This document shows, in pieces, positions 45,304 to 54,826 of a stretch of DNA of 64,000 nt. Position numbers and translations under genes: made by a program. Positions within the stretch are counted from its first letter, which is position 1, and each line of letters begins with the position of its first letter. This DNA is from a virus. The notes beneath the pieces are model-generated. The model made no database searches. It worked only from the letters and a program-made list of their open reading frames with translations, and had not been told where the DNA came from. Where the stretch lies: positions 21,126 to 85,125 of IMG/VR virus record IMGVR_UViG_3300020183_000041; one strand, written 5' to 3'.

Positions 45304-46476
45304 CTAATCAAGCCAGCAGTTATATTCTGCTGTAACTATTCCTCGCTCTGGATGAACATACATAAGCGGTTGTGAAGGTCTTCCTATTGAAGCAAGACTT
45401 TCCATTGCATATGTATTTGTTGATTCAGGGCTTCCAGATATTCTCATCTGAACTGTATTAAATGTCATTTTAGTTGGAGTATGGAAGTGCCCACAATAAA
45501 CATCTGTAAAATCTTCCTGTATTGCCCCAACTTTCCATCCATAAACTTTTTTCTGGAAAGAATAAAAAGTTGAAAGACTGCCAAATTGATCACCATGAAT
45601 TAGTAATGACTTATAGTTACCAATTTTATCAATTGCGTACCAGTTTCTTTCTCCATGACCATCTGGTATAACAAATTTAATTCTTTTTTCTTTTTCAAAA
45701 ATTAATTGCGTAATACGATAGAGCATTCGATCAGCATTAGTTTCTGGATCGTGATCTCTTCTTGCTCTACCACCAATTGAACCATGATTACCAATTATTC
45801 CAAAAAATGTAATTGTTTCAAAATTTTCCAACATTGATGTAATAAAATTTTTCATGATTCTTGGACCATCAACTGTAATTTGTCGATAAAGACCGCCATC
45901 AACCAAAAAAGATTGACCTGGGAATATCAATTCACCTTCAACAATATCACCAAGACACCAGATGTGAAGATGCTTAACAGGATGATTTTGACGTTGAATT
46001 TCTGTTAGATTAATAATTTTATCTGCATATTTCTTAATTCTATCTTCACATACAGTTGAGTTATAATCAGGTGTAACTTTTGCAAGCTGCCAGTCCGCAA
46101 GAATCGCAACCGCAACCTCCTCTCCAGATTTTCTTTTGTCGCTTTCTGGCTTAGGAACAGGATTGTATTTCCAATCAGATATTTCTAAATTATCTTTTAC
46201 TGCTCTATAAACAGCGTCAGCAAGATGATCTTCTTTTGCCTTGAGTTTTTCATACTCTTGCAAAAGTTTTGTATATGAAATCTTCAACTCTGTTTCTGTC
46301 TTTGGTTCTTCACCAGAAAAAACGTCCTTGGGAGTAGGCACTATTCCATTCTCTTTTCTAAATCGGCAGAGCCCCGTGGAGTCAATTGTCTTTCTACAGG
46401 TTGGGTCTGCATATCTTTGATTTGCCGTGTTTGGCTCAAATTCCATTGGGCACTCATCGGCTTCGCAAATCTTCAT
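45304..46476 (-). CDS. Calcineurin-like metallophosphoesterase/nuclease
   Basis: ADWQ, LGDIVEG, GNHG, HGD, GHFH; TATAAT 7 nt before ATG (leaderless). Confidence 0.85.
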   Translation of the reverse strand: MKICEADECPMEFEPNTANQRYADPTCRKTIDSTGLCRFRKENGIVPTPKDVFSGEEPKTETELKISYTKLLQEYEKLKAKEDHLADAVYRAVKDNLEISDWKYNPVPKPESDKRKSGEEVAVAILADWQLAKVTPDYNSTVCEDRIKKYADKIINLTEIQRQNHPVKHLHIWCLGDIVEGELIFPGQSFLVDGGLYRQITVDGPRIMKNFITSMLENFETITFFGIIGNHGSIGGRARRDHDPETNADRMLYRITQLIFEKEKRIKFVIPDGHGERNWYAIDKIGNYKSLLIHGDQFGSLSTFYSFQKKVYGWKVGAIQEDFTDVYCGHFHTPTKMTFNTVQMRISGSPESTNTYAMESLASIGRPSQPLMYVHPERGIVTAEYNCWLD

Positions 46477-46507
46477 AGGGATAATTATACACCAATAATG
46501 GGCGATA

Positions 46508-46948
46508 TCAATCGAAATAGGGCGGTTTTCTTATGGGGTCTAATCTTTTATTTAAGGGTTTTTTTATTATTTTTTTTCTTTGTTTCATATTGGCCCGAAG
46601 TTTTTCTCTATGTTTCTCAGAAGGTCTTTTCCCTTCCCTATGAATTGCGCTATGCTCTGAATGAGAGCAAAGAAAAAGATTCTCTAAACGATTGTCGCTT
46701 TTAATTTCATTAATGTGATGGACAGTTTCCCATTGATTTAAATATCTATTTACATAGGCTTCCATGACCGCACGATGTTCGTATATATAACCTTTAATGT
46801 TTGCGGGATGATCTGGCATTAATATTCTTACATAGCCTTTATCATCAATATATTTACCGCCCCCATAGTTTGGGTTCATTTCTCCAAGAGCCGTTCTCTC
46901 AGACCAACTTATATCTGTCCTTTGAGAAGCAAGTGGGCGTTTTGTCAC
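46508..46948 (-). CDS. HNH endonuclease (HNH_3 type)
   Basis: EHRAVME..VHHINEIKSDNRLENL..H..H. Confidence 0.9.
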   Translation of the reverse strand: MTKRPLASQRTDISWSERTALGEMNPNYGGGKYIDDKGYVRILMPDHPANIKGYIYEHRAVMEAYVNRYLNQWETVHHINEIKSDNRLENLFLCSHSEHSAIHREGKRPSEKHREKLRANMKQRKKIIKKPLNKRLDPIRKPPYFD

Positions 46949-46951
46949 AAA

Positions 46952-47617
46952 TTAAACCGATCCACCAATATCTTCAACATAAAATTGTATTCTTTCAGTC
47001 CCTAAAATAGAAAAGGACGGAGCGTTATTTACTTGAGGTGTTCCATCATCTCTTATAACACTTACATAATATCTTTTATTCGTAATACCAGAACTAAGAC
47101 TATCAGCAACAAAGCTGTATGTTCCAGCGCCAATTTTTGATGGATAAGAAGATGGGGTTTTTAATATATGATTTGAAATATTTGCATTTGCAGAAGCTAC
47201 ATTGATAAAACTATAAGTGTGTGGTGTAACTTTCCAAGTAATAACCTCTAATGGAGCAGATGTTGTACCTTCACTAATCCGAATAAGAAATGTTGAATCT
47301 TCAGCACCAGCATTATTGATAGTAATCCCTGGAAATGAAAGCATAAATCTATAATATCTATTAGCACCAACTGTAATTAAATTATTAACCCCTCCACCGC
47401 CTTCGTTTTCAAGAGCAATAATTTCATTTTCTGTATTAAAATTAGTGTAGGGTCCAAGAGTTCCTGTTATGGTTGTTTTTATTTTGATAAGCCCTTTTGG
47501 ACTATCATCAGTGGCATCTTTTACCTGACTGATATTTGTTGACATTTGTTGGAGTCGTTCGCTTGTAATCGGGGTAACGCCCGACCAAGAAACAAATGAA
47601 TAATTTTCGTAAGCCAT
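46952..47617 (-). CDS. Minor tail protein
   Basis: W..TPITSERLQQM..N; C-terminal VEDIG; position in tail module. Confidence 0.7.
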   Translation of the reverse strand: MAYENYSFVSWSGVTPITSERLQQMSTNISQVKDATDDSPKGLIKIKTTITGTLGPYTNFNTENEIIALENEGGGGVNNLITVGANRYYRFMLSFPGITINNAGAEDSTFLIRISEGTTSAPLEVITWKVTPHTYSFINVASANANISNHILKTPSSYPSKIGAGTYSFVADSLSSGITNKRYYVSVIRDDGTPQVNNAPSFSILGTERIQFYVEDIGGSV

Positions 47618-47626
47618 ATCTATCTA

Positions 47627-49492
47627 TTATACTCCATTTTCTAATATTTCTATCTTTTTGTATAATTCCTGAATTAAATGCATCATTGCTGGGATAATTG
47701 TTAAATAATTCCATGCTTCTGGACGACCCTCTTCATCAACTGTTGCACCGATTGGATATTTATCAAACATATCTTCAGCAATAAATCCTATAAGATATTT
47801 ATTCAAAAAGGAATCATCCTCTGACAAACATTCATTTTTGTATTTGAATTGTTTTACTCCTACAGATAGCAATCTCATTGGATCTAACAGATCCATGTTT
47901 ATATCAGAAATTTGTTCTTTATATCTGATTGATGAAGGTGCCGCTTTACGAAGAAAACCGCCCGTTTGTGCATTGACCCACCATGCAGCAGCACCGTTTG
48001 CTGTGCCTATATTATTTGTTGCAGTCCTAAAAAAATCACCATCAGCATTTATATTTCCACTATTTGTAGTAGAAAGAGACCTTCCAGTTATCCCAGCACT
48101 GCTGGTTACAGCACCGCCATCAAATGTTCCTTTGAAAGTACCAAAATAATTTGGTGCGGTGATAGTATCTGTGGTTATTGACGATCCAGTAATTGAAGTT
48201 CTAGCACCATATGCATAAACGCTAAATGCTCCTGGATAAATATATGCTTCAGCATATGAATCATCATAAATTCCATATTGAAAAATTCCACTTGTTGGAG
48301 AAATAAATGTAGTATAGTTTGTTCCACCAACATTAACATCTTTTTGAAGTCTTGTAGAAGTAATATCCCAGCCACCAATTGAACCAGAACCCGCTGTCAC
48401 GCTACCGCTAAACGAACCAGAGCCAGCAAAAGAAACATTTCCAGAACTATCTATCCTAAAATTTTTAGATACAAATTGACCACCATCAAGATCCAATCTT
48501 GTTCCCGCAGTTGAATATGTATCTGTCCCATTCCAATTAAAGTTAGTTGAATCAACAGAACCTGTTCTTATTTTTCCACCACTAATCGTAGTCGCTCCAG
48601 CATTAATTCTCCCTGCTGGATCAGATGCCCCTGTTGCAGCATTAGAAACAACAGTTGAGGCAGCGGTTGCGCCAATTGTAACGCTATTGCTAATTACACC
48701 AGTAGAAAAATTTATATAACCATTGCTATATAATACTGTTGACCCGCCAGTGATATTAGATGTGTTAATTGTCCATCCACCAATTGTTCCTGAGTTAGAA
48801 GTTATTGTTCCCGAAATCGATGCAGATGTTGCAGATAACGTACCACTCGCTGATACAGTGAAGTCTCCATTTGTGATTCTACCATTAGAAAAAACTGTTG
48901 TATTACCAAATGTTGCTGCTCCATTGCTATAGAGGATTGTAGATCCACCAGTAATATTTGATGTATTAATCGTCCAACCAGCAATATTACCAGAAGTCGC
49001 TGCAACAGTTCCTCTTACCGTAACATTGTTAAACTCAGCAGAGCCTGTATTTGATATAATCCAACCAGAATTCCCTGACGAGTAGTTATTGCTTTGAATA
49101 ATATTGTTAACAAGAATAATGTTTGAAACAAGCTCATCAGCAGTTATTGTATTTGCAGAAATTTCGTTTGCAGTTATTGTGTTTGCTCTAATTATATTTC
49201 CATTAAAAGCACCTGGTTCTAATCTAATTCCTGCAGGTTCTAGTATTGATGAGTTAACAACTCTTTTAATTAATTCTTCAAATGCAATTCTATTGTTTTC
49301 TTGTTTTATTGCTCTATCTCTATTAATATCTGTTCCAACAAATGTTGGAGAAAAGTCATAAACTGAATACACATTTGTATCTATTAATGATGAATTTTGT
49401 CCACTATGTGAGTGACCACCTGATGGAAAAAATACAATTGAATTTTCTGACGCCCCAATTGAACCAGAAATTGTTTGTCTAATTCTTGCCAC
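47627..49492 (-). CDS. Tail fibre/spike with C-terminal S74 chaperone domain
   Basis: ANTITA and SG.I.GW.I repeats; SSIRYKEQI..GFIAED..IQEL. Confidence 0.85.
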   Translation of the reverse strand: MARIRQTISGSIGASENSIVFFPSGGHSHSGQNSSLIDTNVYSVYDFSPTFVGTDINRDRAIKQENNRIAFEELIKRVVNSSILEPAGIRLEPGAFNGNIIRANTITANEISANTITADELVSNIILVNNIIQSNNYSSGNSGWIISNTGSAEFNNVTVRGTVAATSGNIAGWTINTSNITGGSTILYSNGAATFGNTTVFSNGRITNGDFTVSASGTLSATSASISGTITSNSGTIGGWTINTSNITGGSTVLYSNGYINFSTGVISNSVTIGATAASTVVSNAATGASDPAGRINAGATTISGGKIRTGSVDSTNFNWNGTDTYSTAGTRLDLDGGQFVSKNFRIDSSGNVSFAGSGSFSGSVTAGSGSIGGWDITSTRLQKDVNVGGTNYTTFISPTSGIFQYGIYDDSYAEAYIYPGAFSVYAYGARTSITGSSITTDTITAPNYFGTFKGTFDGGAVTSSAGITGRSLSTTNSGNINADGDFFRTATNNIGTANGAAAWWVNAQTGGFLRKAAPSSIRYKEQISDINMDLLDPMRLLSVGVKQFKYKNECLSEDDSFLNKYLIGFIAEDMFDKYPIGATVDEEGRPEAWNYLTIIPAMMHLIQELYKKIEILENGV

Positions 49493-52400
49493 TACATAAC
49501 CTTCCTTAATGTTACTGAATGATCCAATGAATCACCAACATTCAAACTGTGACCAACAACCCAATAATCAGTATTTGATATATCCATTGTATCAAGAGAA
49601 GTTATCTTTACGCGGTCTCCGAGCTGAATTGTTGGTAAAGCTATCGATGATATTGTCAAAATTGGTACTGGTTCTGAGAGTTTTGAAATAAAAAAATCTG
49701 CAATCTTGGTTGCATGCAAAGCATCTGTAATATATGAATTATCTATAATAATTTCTTTTAATCCATACTTTTTGACATCTGAGGCAAGACTTGAACTTTG
49801 TTTTCTTACCTGGGCTGCCTGCTCTGTTGTCACAATGGGTGTTCCAGCAATAGAAGTCAACTGGACCTCACCTGTTAGTGGGTTTGTTCCTTGTAGGAAA
49901 ACAAATTCGCCAGAGCTGACTGAATTAGAAGCAACAATGATTAACTCCGCGCCATACGATGTTGGTTTAAAACTGTGAATCTCAACAAGATTGGGATCTT
50001 CATACTGTATTGCGCTAATAAATGGAAGTTGGATATTAAATGCCGGTGCCTTATCAAACTTAGCATCAAAATATTTTACTTCTCTAACTTTTGTATTTGC
50101 ATTATGTGTTGTTGCTGTTGTGTTAAACTGAGATCTCTCAACACCCAAAAATGATGTTGAGTTTATTGAAGTATACTTAACTATCTCATTATCAATTTTA
50201 AGATATCCATTTTTAGAAAATGGAGGATCATCTGTTGTATTTACTATTACAGTATTTGAATTAGATGTTAAGTTTGCTGCAAGAGTAACAACTCCAAGCG
50301 TTGTGGGGTCTGGAGCATTCCAAAGCCCTTGGCGACCCTGCAGTGAGGATGCCAGACCCGACACGTTCACAGTTACTTTATTAGTAATCAATTGAACATT
50401 GTAATCACCAGAAATAATATTTGTATTACCAGACAATGACTGTTGTACTTGAGAATGCTGGGGTATAGAAGATTCAAAGAATCTATAGAAGTGATCGTAT
50501 CTTGCTCTATCTAGTTCATCAATATACATTCTTCCAAAATCAGCTAATGAAACAGTATCTATAATATCTCTAACACTTGTATCATTGCCATAAAAGAAAG
50601 GGAATACAGTTAATGGTTGAATCTTTGTTGTAATATATCTATTTAATATTTGATCACCAGTTAATGCTTTATTATAAATAGTAAATTCATCAATTGTAAA
50701 AGATCTTTTTGTTGAAGACATTGTTTCACCATAAGGCGTGCTTGGATTCGTGTATTCAACATAACTAGCACCTCTACCACCTATCGTTATATCCAAATTA
50801 GCCCAAGAGTTAATATTGTGTACAGAGCCTTCAGTATCTAAATGTTGACCATTAATATAATATTTTAAACTTGATCCATCCTTGACAACAACAATATGAC
50901 TAAACTCAGAAGTAGAAAGAGCAATGTCTGAAGATACGGTTTTGGTCCCGCCAGATGTTTTTAATTTAAATCCATGACCAGAAGAGTTGTTAAAGAATTC
51001 AAACCCAGCAGTTGGGTTTGAATTTGCCCAGTTGCTTATATATTCTCCATCACTACTAAATACAGTTGGTAATTTTGCATAAATTTCAATTGTCCAATCA
51101 CCTGTGTATGTATTGCTAGAACTATTCACAATATTTAAAGCATTAGAGTATGGAATTCTTATATATGCATTATTTTCCAATAAAACAGATTTATTATCAA
51201 CCTCAGAAACCAAGCCAGTTGTTTGACCAAGTTTTGGAGAAGATACATAGACTCCATAATTTCTATGATGATTACAGTTTTTATTAGCAATTAAAGGAGA
51301 AGCATCATTTGCACCAAGTGAATCAAAAGCACATATTGTATAACAATCATCGGCATCAATAATGAAATCAGAACCTCCAGTATTACCCCATAATTCTAGA
51401 GAGAAATTGTTTGTAGTATAGAAAAACTCTATTCTGATCTTGTATGGCTTACCAGCGTCTAAATCAAGATTTTGAGATATTGAACTAGATACATCAGTCA
51501 AAGAACCTGGATGATCAAACCATTCATTAATAATTAAATTATCATCTAAGTAAAGTCTCGTACCACCATTTTTTATTCTTAAGAAAATTTCTTGGACACC
51601 AGACTCACTAGGGACATAAAAACCATCTATAATTCCGTTGTAATATGAATCAATCAATTCACCGCCATATGATGTGAATGAATAATCAGAAAGTTCAAGA
51701 GCTGATGTTGTTGGTGATGAAATGCTTTTACTTAATGCAACATAGTCTGGGGCTACAAAAGATTTCTGCCCCAAAGCTTTTTCTAATTCAGAAAGTTGAC
51801 GATCAATGGCATCTCCAAGAATATCTTTGACAAGAGATTCTTTCCCAGTAGGCATAGCCCAAAATCTTGCTCTTAATCCAGATGATGGAACTATTTGATT
51901 TGATGATCTATCAATCGTTGGCTCGTTAAATGAATATTGAGCAATACCGCCAATTCTTCTTGGTTCATCAGTATGTCTTACAAGTTGATCATAATCCGCT
52001 TGTGGGAAATGACAAGAGAGTAATAATGATCGAATCGCATCACCAGCAGTAACGCTTTCTTCAAAATAGCCTAATGTTATTTGTTTTTCTGAAAGATATT
52101 TACTCCAGTCATTGCATTTAATAGATACCTGCATTGAGCTTCCACCAGACCACTCATCAACATAGAAAGTTCCTGCATGAACATATTCATATGGGTCGAA
52201 TGTAACAACAGCACCTACTGTATGGCCCTTGGCAGTGGTATTGTTGTAGCCCCTTTCTGCTATTTGTAAAATTTTATCACTTGTCTTTTGACTAATAAGC
52301 AGCATCTCTTCAGACTGAGTGTCTTTATCTACAAATACTGTATAGTAAGTCCCAACATCACCCCCATCTGGAAAAATATTGGTATCCTCAACGGTCAGGG

Positions 52401-53367
52401 TTGAAGAGTTTGCGGCTATATTTGCTTTTAAAATGGTATTTGAAAGTATATTTTCTGTTTTTTTAATTCTCCAACCATTTGCTATAGTTATTTTTAAATC
52501 TTTTTTCATATATTTACCATAGTCAGATGACTGATTGAATGGATTAAATATTTTTGTTGAGTTATCCAAACTTATCGAAGCGGATGACGATCCAGACCCC
52601 GCGATGGGAAGGCTTGTTTCATGTAAATCCCTTGTTCTCTCAACAGAGTGGTTTATTACATAATCAGAAATATCTGTTTCATAAATTGGAGAAACTTCTT
52701 GCAATCTTGCATAGTCTTGAGGATTCACCGTTGAATGAACAACAACTTTAATTTTATACACATCCTGTGATGCCAAAGAAGCCGACACGTTATGATCTCT
52801 AAAATATTCACCATCTGCAATAGAGCCGTCTTCTTGTAAGATTAAAGTTAAAGATTGATTATATACATATAATGTATAATCACTAATTCTTCCATAATAT
52901 TCAGAAGTAGCTATTCTAATTCTATTAACTTTTCTTTGAGTGAATTGCCACTCTGCATATGGATCTGTAGCAAACCCATAGCCAGTATATGTATTTGAAG
53001 CAGATGAAGAACTTACAGAACCTGACCACCACCCATATTTGTAACCATCATCAAGATTTGACGGGACTGTATACCATTGACCATTTGCTGTAATTACCTT
53101 GCCATCAACATCTTTTGCATCACAAACACCCCATGTAAAAGATTGACGATCTTTACCACTCATCCCGTCTATTGGAGAGAAATAATACCCAAGATCCCCG
53201 ACTGAATTAGAAGCATGACTGCTATTTGTTGTCGCTGTCAGTGAGTCCACATGACGACTATCAAGCCATTGAATTACAATTTTTGGCTTAACTTTTTGGG
53301 CATAGGAAGTTATAGCAGATGTAAATGTGTTAGATAAAGTTTTACCATATATATCGCTCGAAATCAT
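49492..53367 (-). CDS. Large tail tip protein with PA14-like and LamG-like domains
   Basis: RLYLDDNLIINEWFDH..YKIRIEF; WTIE..HIVVV..YINGQ..IDEFTIYNKALT. Confidence 0.8.
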   Translation of the reverse strand: MISSDIYGKTLSNTFTSAITSYAQKVKPKIVIQWLDSRHVDSLTATTNSSHASNSVGDLGYYFSPIDGMSGKDRQSFTWGVCDAKDVDGKVITANGQWYTVPSNLDDGYKYGWWSGSVSSSSASNTYTGYGFATDPYAEWQFTQRKVNRIRIATSEYYGRISDYTLYVYNQSLTLILQEDGSIADGEYFRDHNVSASLASQDVYKIKVVVHSTVNPQDYARLQEVSPIYETDISDYVINHSVERTRDLHETSLPIAGSGSSSASISLDNSTKIFNPFNQSSDYGKYMKKDLKITIANGWRIKKTENILSNTILKANIAANSSTLTVEDTNIFPDGGDVGTYYTVFVDKDTQSEEMLLISQKTSDKILQIAERGYNNTTAKGHTVGAVVTFDPYEYVHAGTFYVDEWSGGSSMQVSIKCNDWSKYLSEKQITLGYFEESVTAGDAIRSLLLSCHFPQADYDQLVRHTDEPRRIGGIAQYSFNEPTIDRSSNQIVPSSGLRARFWAMPTGKESLVKDILGDAIDRQLSELEKALGQKSFVAPDYVALSKSISSPTTSALELSDYSFTSYGGELIDSYYNGIIDGFYVPSESGVQEIFLRIKNGGTRLYLDDNLIINEWFDHPGSLTDVSSSISQNLDLDAGKPYKIRIEFFYTTNNFSLELWGNTGGSDFIIDADDCYTICAFDSLGANDASPLIANKNCNHHRNYGVYVSSPKLGQTTGLVSEVDNKSVLLENNAYIRIPYSNALNIVNSSSNTYTGDWTIEIYAKLPTVFSSDGEYISNWANSNPTAGFEFFNNSSGHGFKLKTSGGTKTVSSDIALSTSEFSHIVVVKDGSSLKYYINGQHLDTEGSVHNINSWANLDITIGGRGASYVEYTNPSTPYGETMSSTKRSFTIDEFTIYNKALTGDQILNRYITTKIQPLTVFPFFYGNDTSVRDIIDTVSLADFGRMYIDELDRARYDHFYRFFESSIPQHSQVQQSLSGNTNIISGDYNVQLITNKVTVNVSGLASSLQGRQGLWNAPDPTTLGVVTLAANLTSNSNTVIVNTTDDPPFSKNGYLKIDNEIVKYTSINSTSFLGVERSQFNTTATTHNANTKVREVKYFDAKFDKAPAFNIQLPFISAIQYEDPNLVEIHSFKPTSYGAELIIVASNSVSSGEFVFLQGTNPLTGEVQLTSIAGTPIVTTEQAAQVRKQSSSLASDVKKYGLKEIIIDNSYITDALHATKIADFFISKLSEPVPILTISSIALPTIQLGDRVKITSLDTMDISNTDYWVVGHSLNVGDSLDHSVTLRKVM

Positions 53368-54428
53368 TACACTTCTTCCAAAGTCAAATTACAATCCCAA
53401 TAGTATACATCATTTTGTAAATCTCTTCTTACAAGAGTCTCTGAGTAATCTCTTATAAATACATTATATGATGTTTCTGTATATGGTGTTGCGTCATCTG
53501 AATCATTATTTATAACTTTTAAAACGTGAACATCTGGATCTGAAGCCAGCTCTCTTATGAAGTCTCTTGCATATCTTTTATCAACTGTGTCATATCTTGA
53601 ACTTGGTAAGAACACCCAGGAAAGACTAAAAGAGTTCCGACCAGCGGAAGAAGATCTTTTGTAATATCTTGATTTAAGATTATTCCAATTTTTATTTTCA
53701 ACAAATACCATAGATTGATCGCTTGTTAAAGTGCGGCCTTGATTTGTTAAAGGTTTATCATCAATCACAAAAAGCGTCCTGTAGTGTGATGTATCTGGTA
53801 CGTCATTGACAGCAAATTTAATAGCTGTTGCAAGAATCTCAACACCAGTCGTTATATTTATTTGTGCAAGAAGAATCTCTCCAGCAATGGTGGTGACAAT
53901 GGTAAATGGATTTATAGAACAAGAAGCTGCTATTAATCTTCTTCCTGTGAAGTTTGCTGTGACCTCGCCAGACAGAGCACATATTGCTTTTGCTGATTTT
54001 ATTGATGTTGCTTGTAATGAGCTATCACAAGGTATTGCAATAGCAAATAAAGCTTCTTTATACACTAGAATTTGCAAATTAGAAATAATATTAATTGAAG
54101 AAGAAAGTAATTGAATTTTATAAGCAATAACGTTCAAATTAGATTGAATGCTTGTTGAACTTGAGGCTGAAGTTATTTTAGACGTATTAGTGGATACATC
54201 CGAAGTAACATTAATATTACAAGACGCAGATTTTACTGCAAGACCAAGACTTACATTATATCCTTGACATTCAATATTGACTGATGCGTTTGCAATTTTT
54301 AAAACTGATACTGAAACATTTGAAGTGCAATTTATTGACGATGACCCAAGTTCGACACTAATATCATTATAAAAATCAACACCGCTTTTAAAAGATTCTG
54401 TTATATTATAATAAAATTGAGATGACAT
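53367..54428 (-). CDS. Tail protein (Ser/Ile-rich N-terminus, distal-tail-like C-terminus)
   Basis: C-terminus is paralogous to 54428..54826 (FSLSW.FLP..TVD..YSETL..RD..LEEV). Confidence 0.7.
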   Translation of the reverse strand: MSSQFYYNITESFKSGVDFYNDISVELGSSSINCTSNVSVSVLKIANASVNIECQGYNVSLGLAVKSASCNINVTSDVSTNTSKITSASSSTSIQSNLNVIAYKIQLLSSSINIISNLQILVYKEALFAIAIPCDSSLQATSIKSAKAICALSGEVTANFTGRRLIAASCSINPFTIVTTIAGEILLAQINITTGVEILATAIKFAVNDVPDTSHYRTLFVIDDKPLTNQGRTLTSDQSMVFVENKNWNNLKSRYYKRSSSAGRNSFSLSWVFLPSSRYDTVDKRYARDFIRELASDPDVHVLKVINNDSDDATPYTETSYNVFIRDYSETLVRRDLQNDVYYWDCNLTLEEV

Positions 54429-54826
54429 TAAACTTCCTCAAAACCCATTGAAACATCATAATAAGCACATCTATTTTCGACATCTCTTTTTATTAATGTT
54501 TCTGAATAACTTGTGGCATACACAGTGAATGACTCGTCTGAGGATTCTGGGGACAATTTAGTGACTAAGGAAATAGTGCCTCTTTTTTGAGCAAGAGACT
54601 TGAGAAAATCCCTACCAGCTCTGCCATCCACTGTGTACGCCGCCAAGTTTGGCAAATATGTAAAAGATAGGTTAAAAACCTTCTTATTCTTTCGAATATA
54701 TCTTTTATTAATGCCTGAATCTAATTCCACATCAGATGCAGAAATAGATTCATTATCACTGAACTTTTTACCGTGCTCAGTAATTTCTGTACCGTCTAAC
54801 GTAACCATTTTAGTAATTGACATCAC
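54428..54826 (-). CDS. Distal tail-like protein
   Basis: Directly after the tape measure gene; ends FEEV. Confidence 0.7.
   Translation of the reverse strand: MMSITKMVTLDGTEITEHGKKFSDNESISASDVELDSGINKRYIRKNKKVFNLSFTYLPNLAAYTVDGRAGRDFLKSLAQKRGTISLVTKLSPESSDESFTVYATSYSETLIKRDVENRCAYYDVSMGFEEV

Noticed and set aside
48340-49180. Repeats in the tail fibre gene as a DNA-level element
   Set aside because: They correspond to protein repeats (GWTINTSNITGGST, ANTITA) typical of fibres
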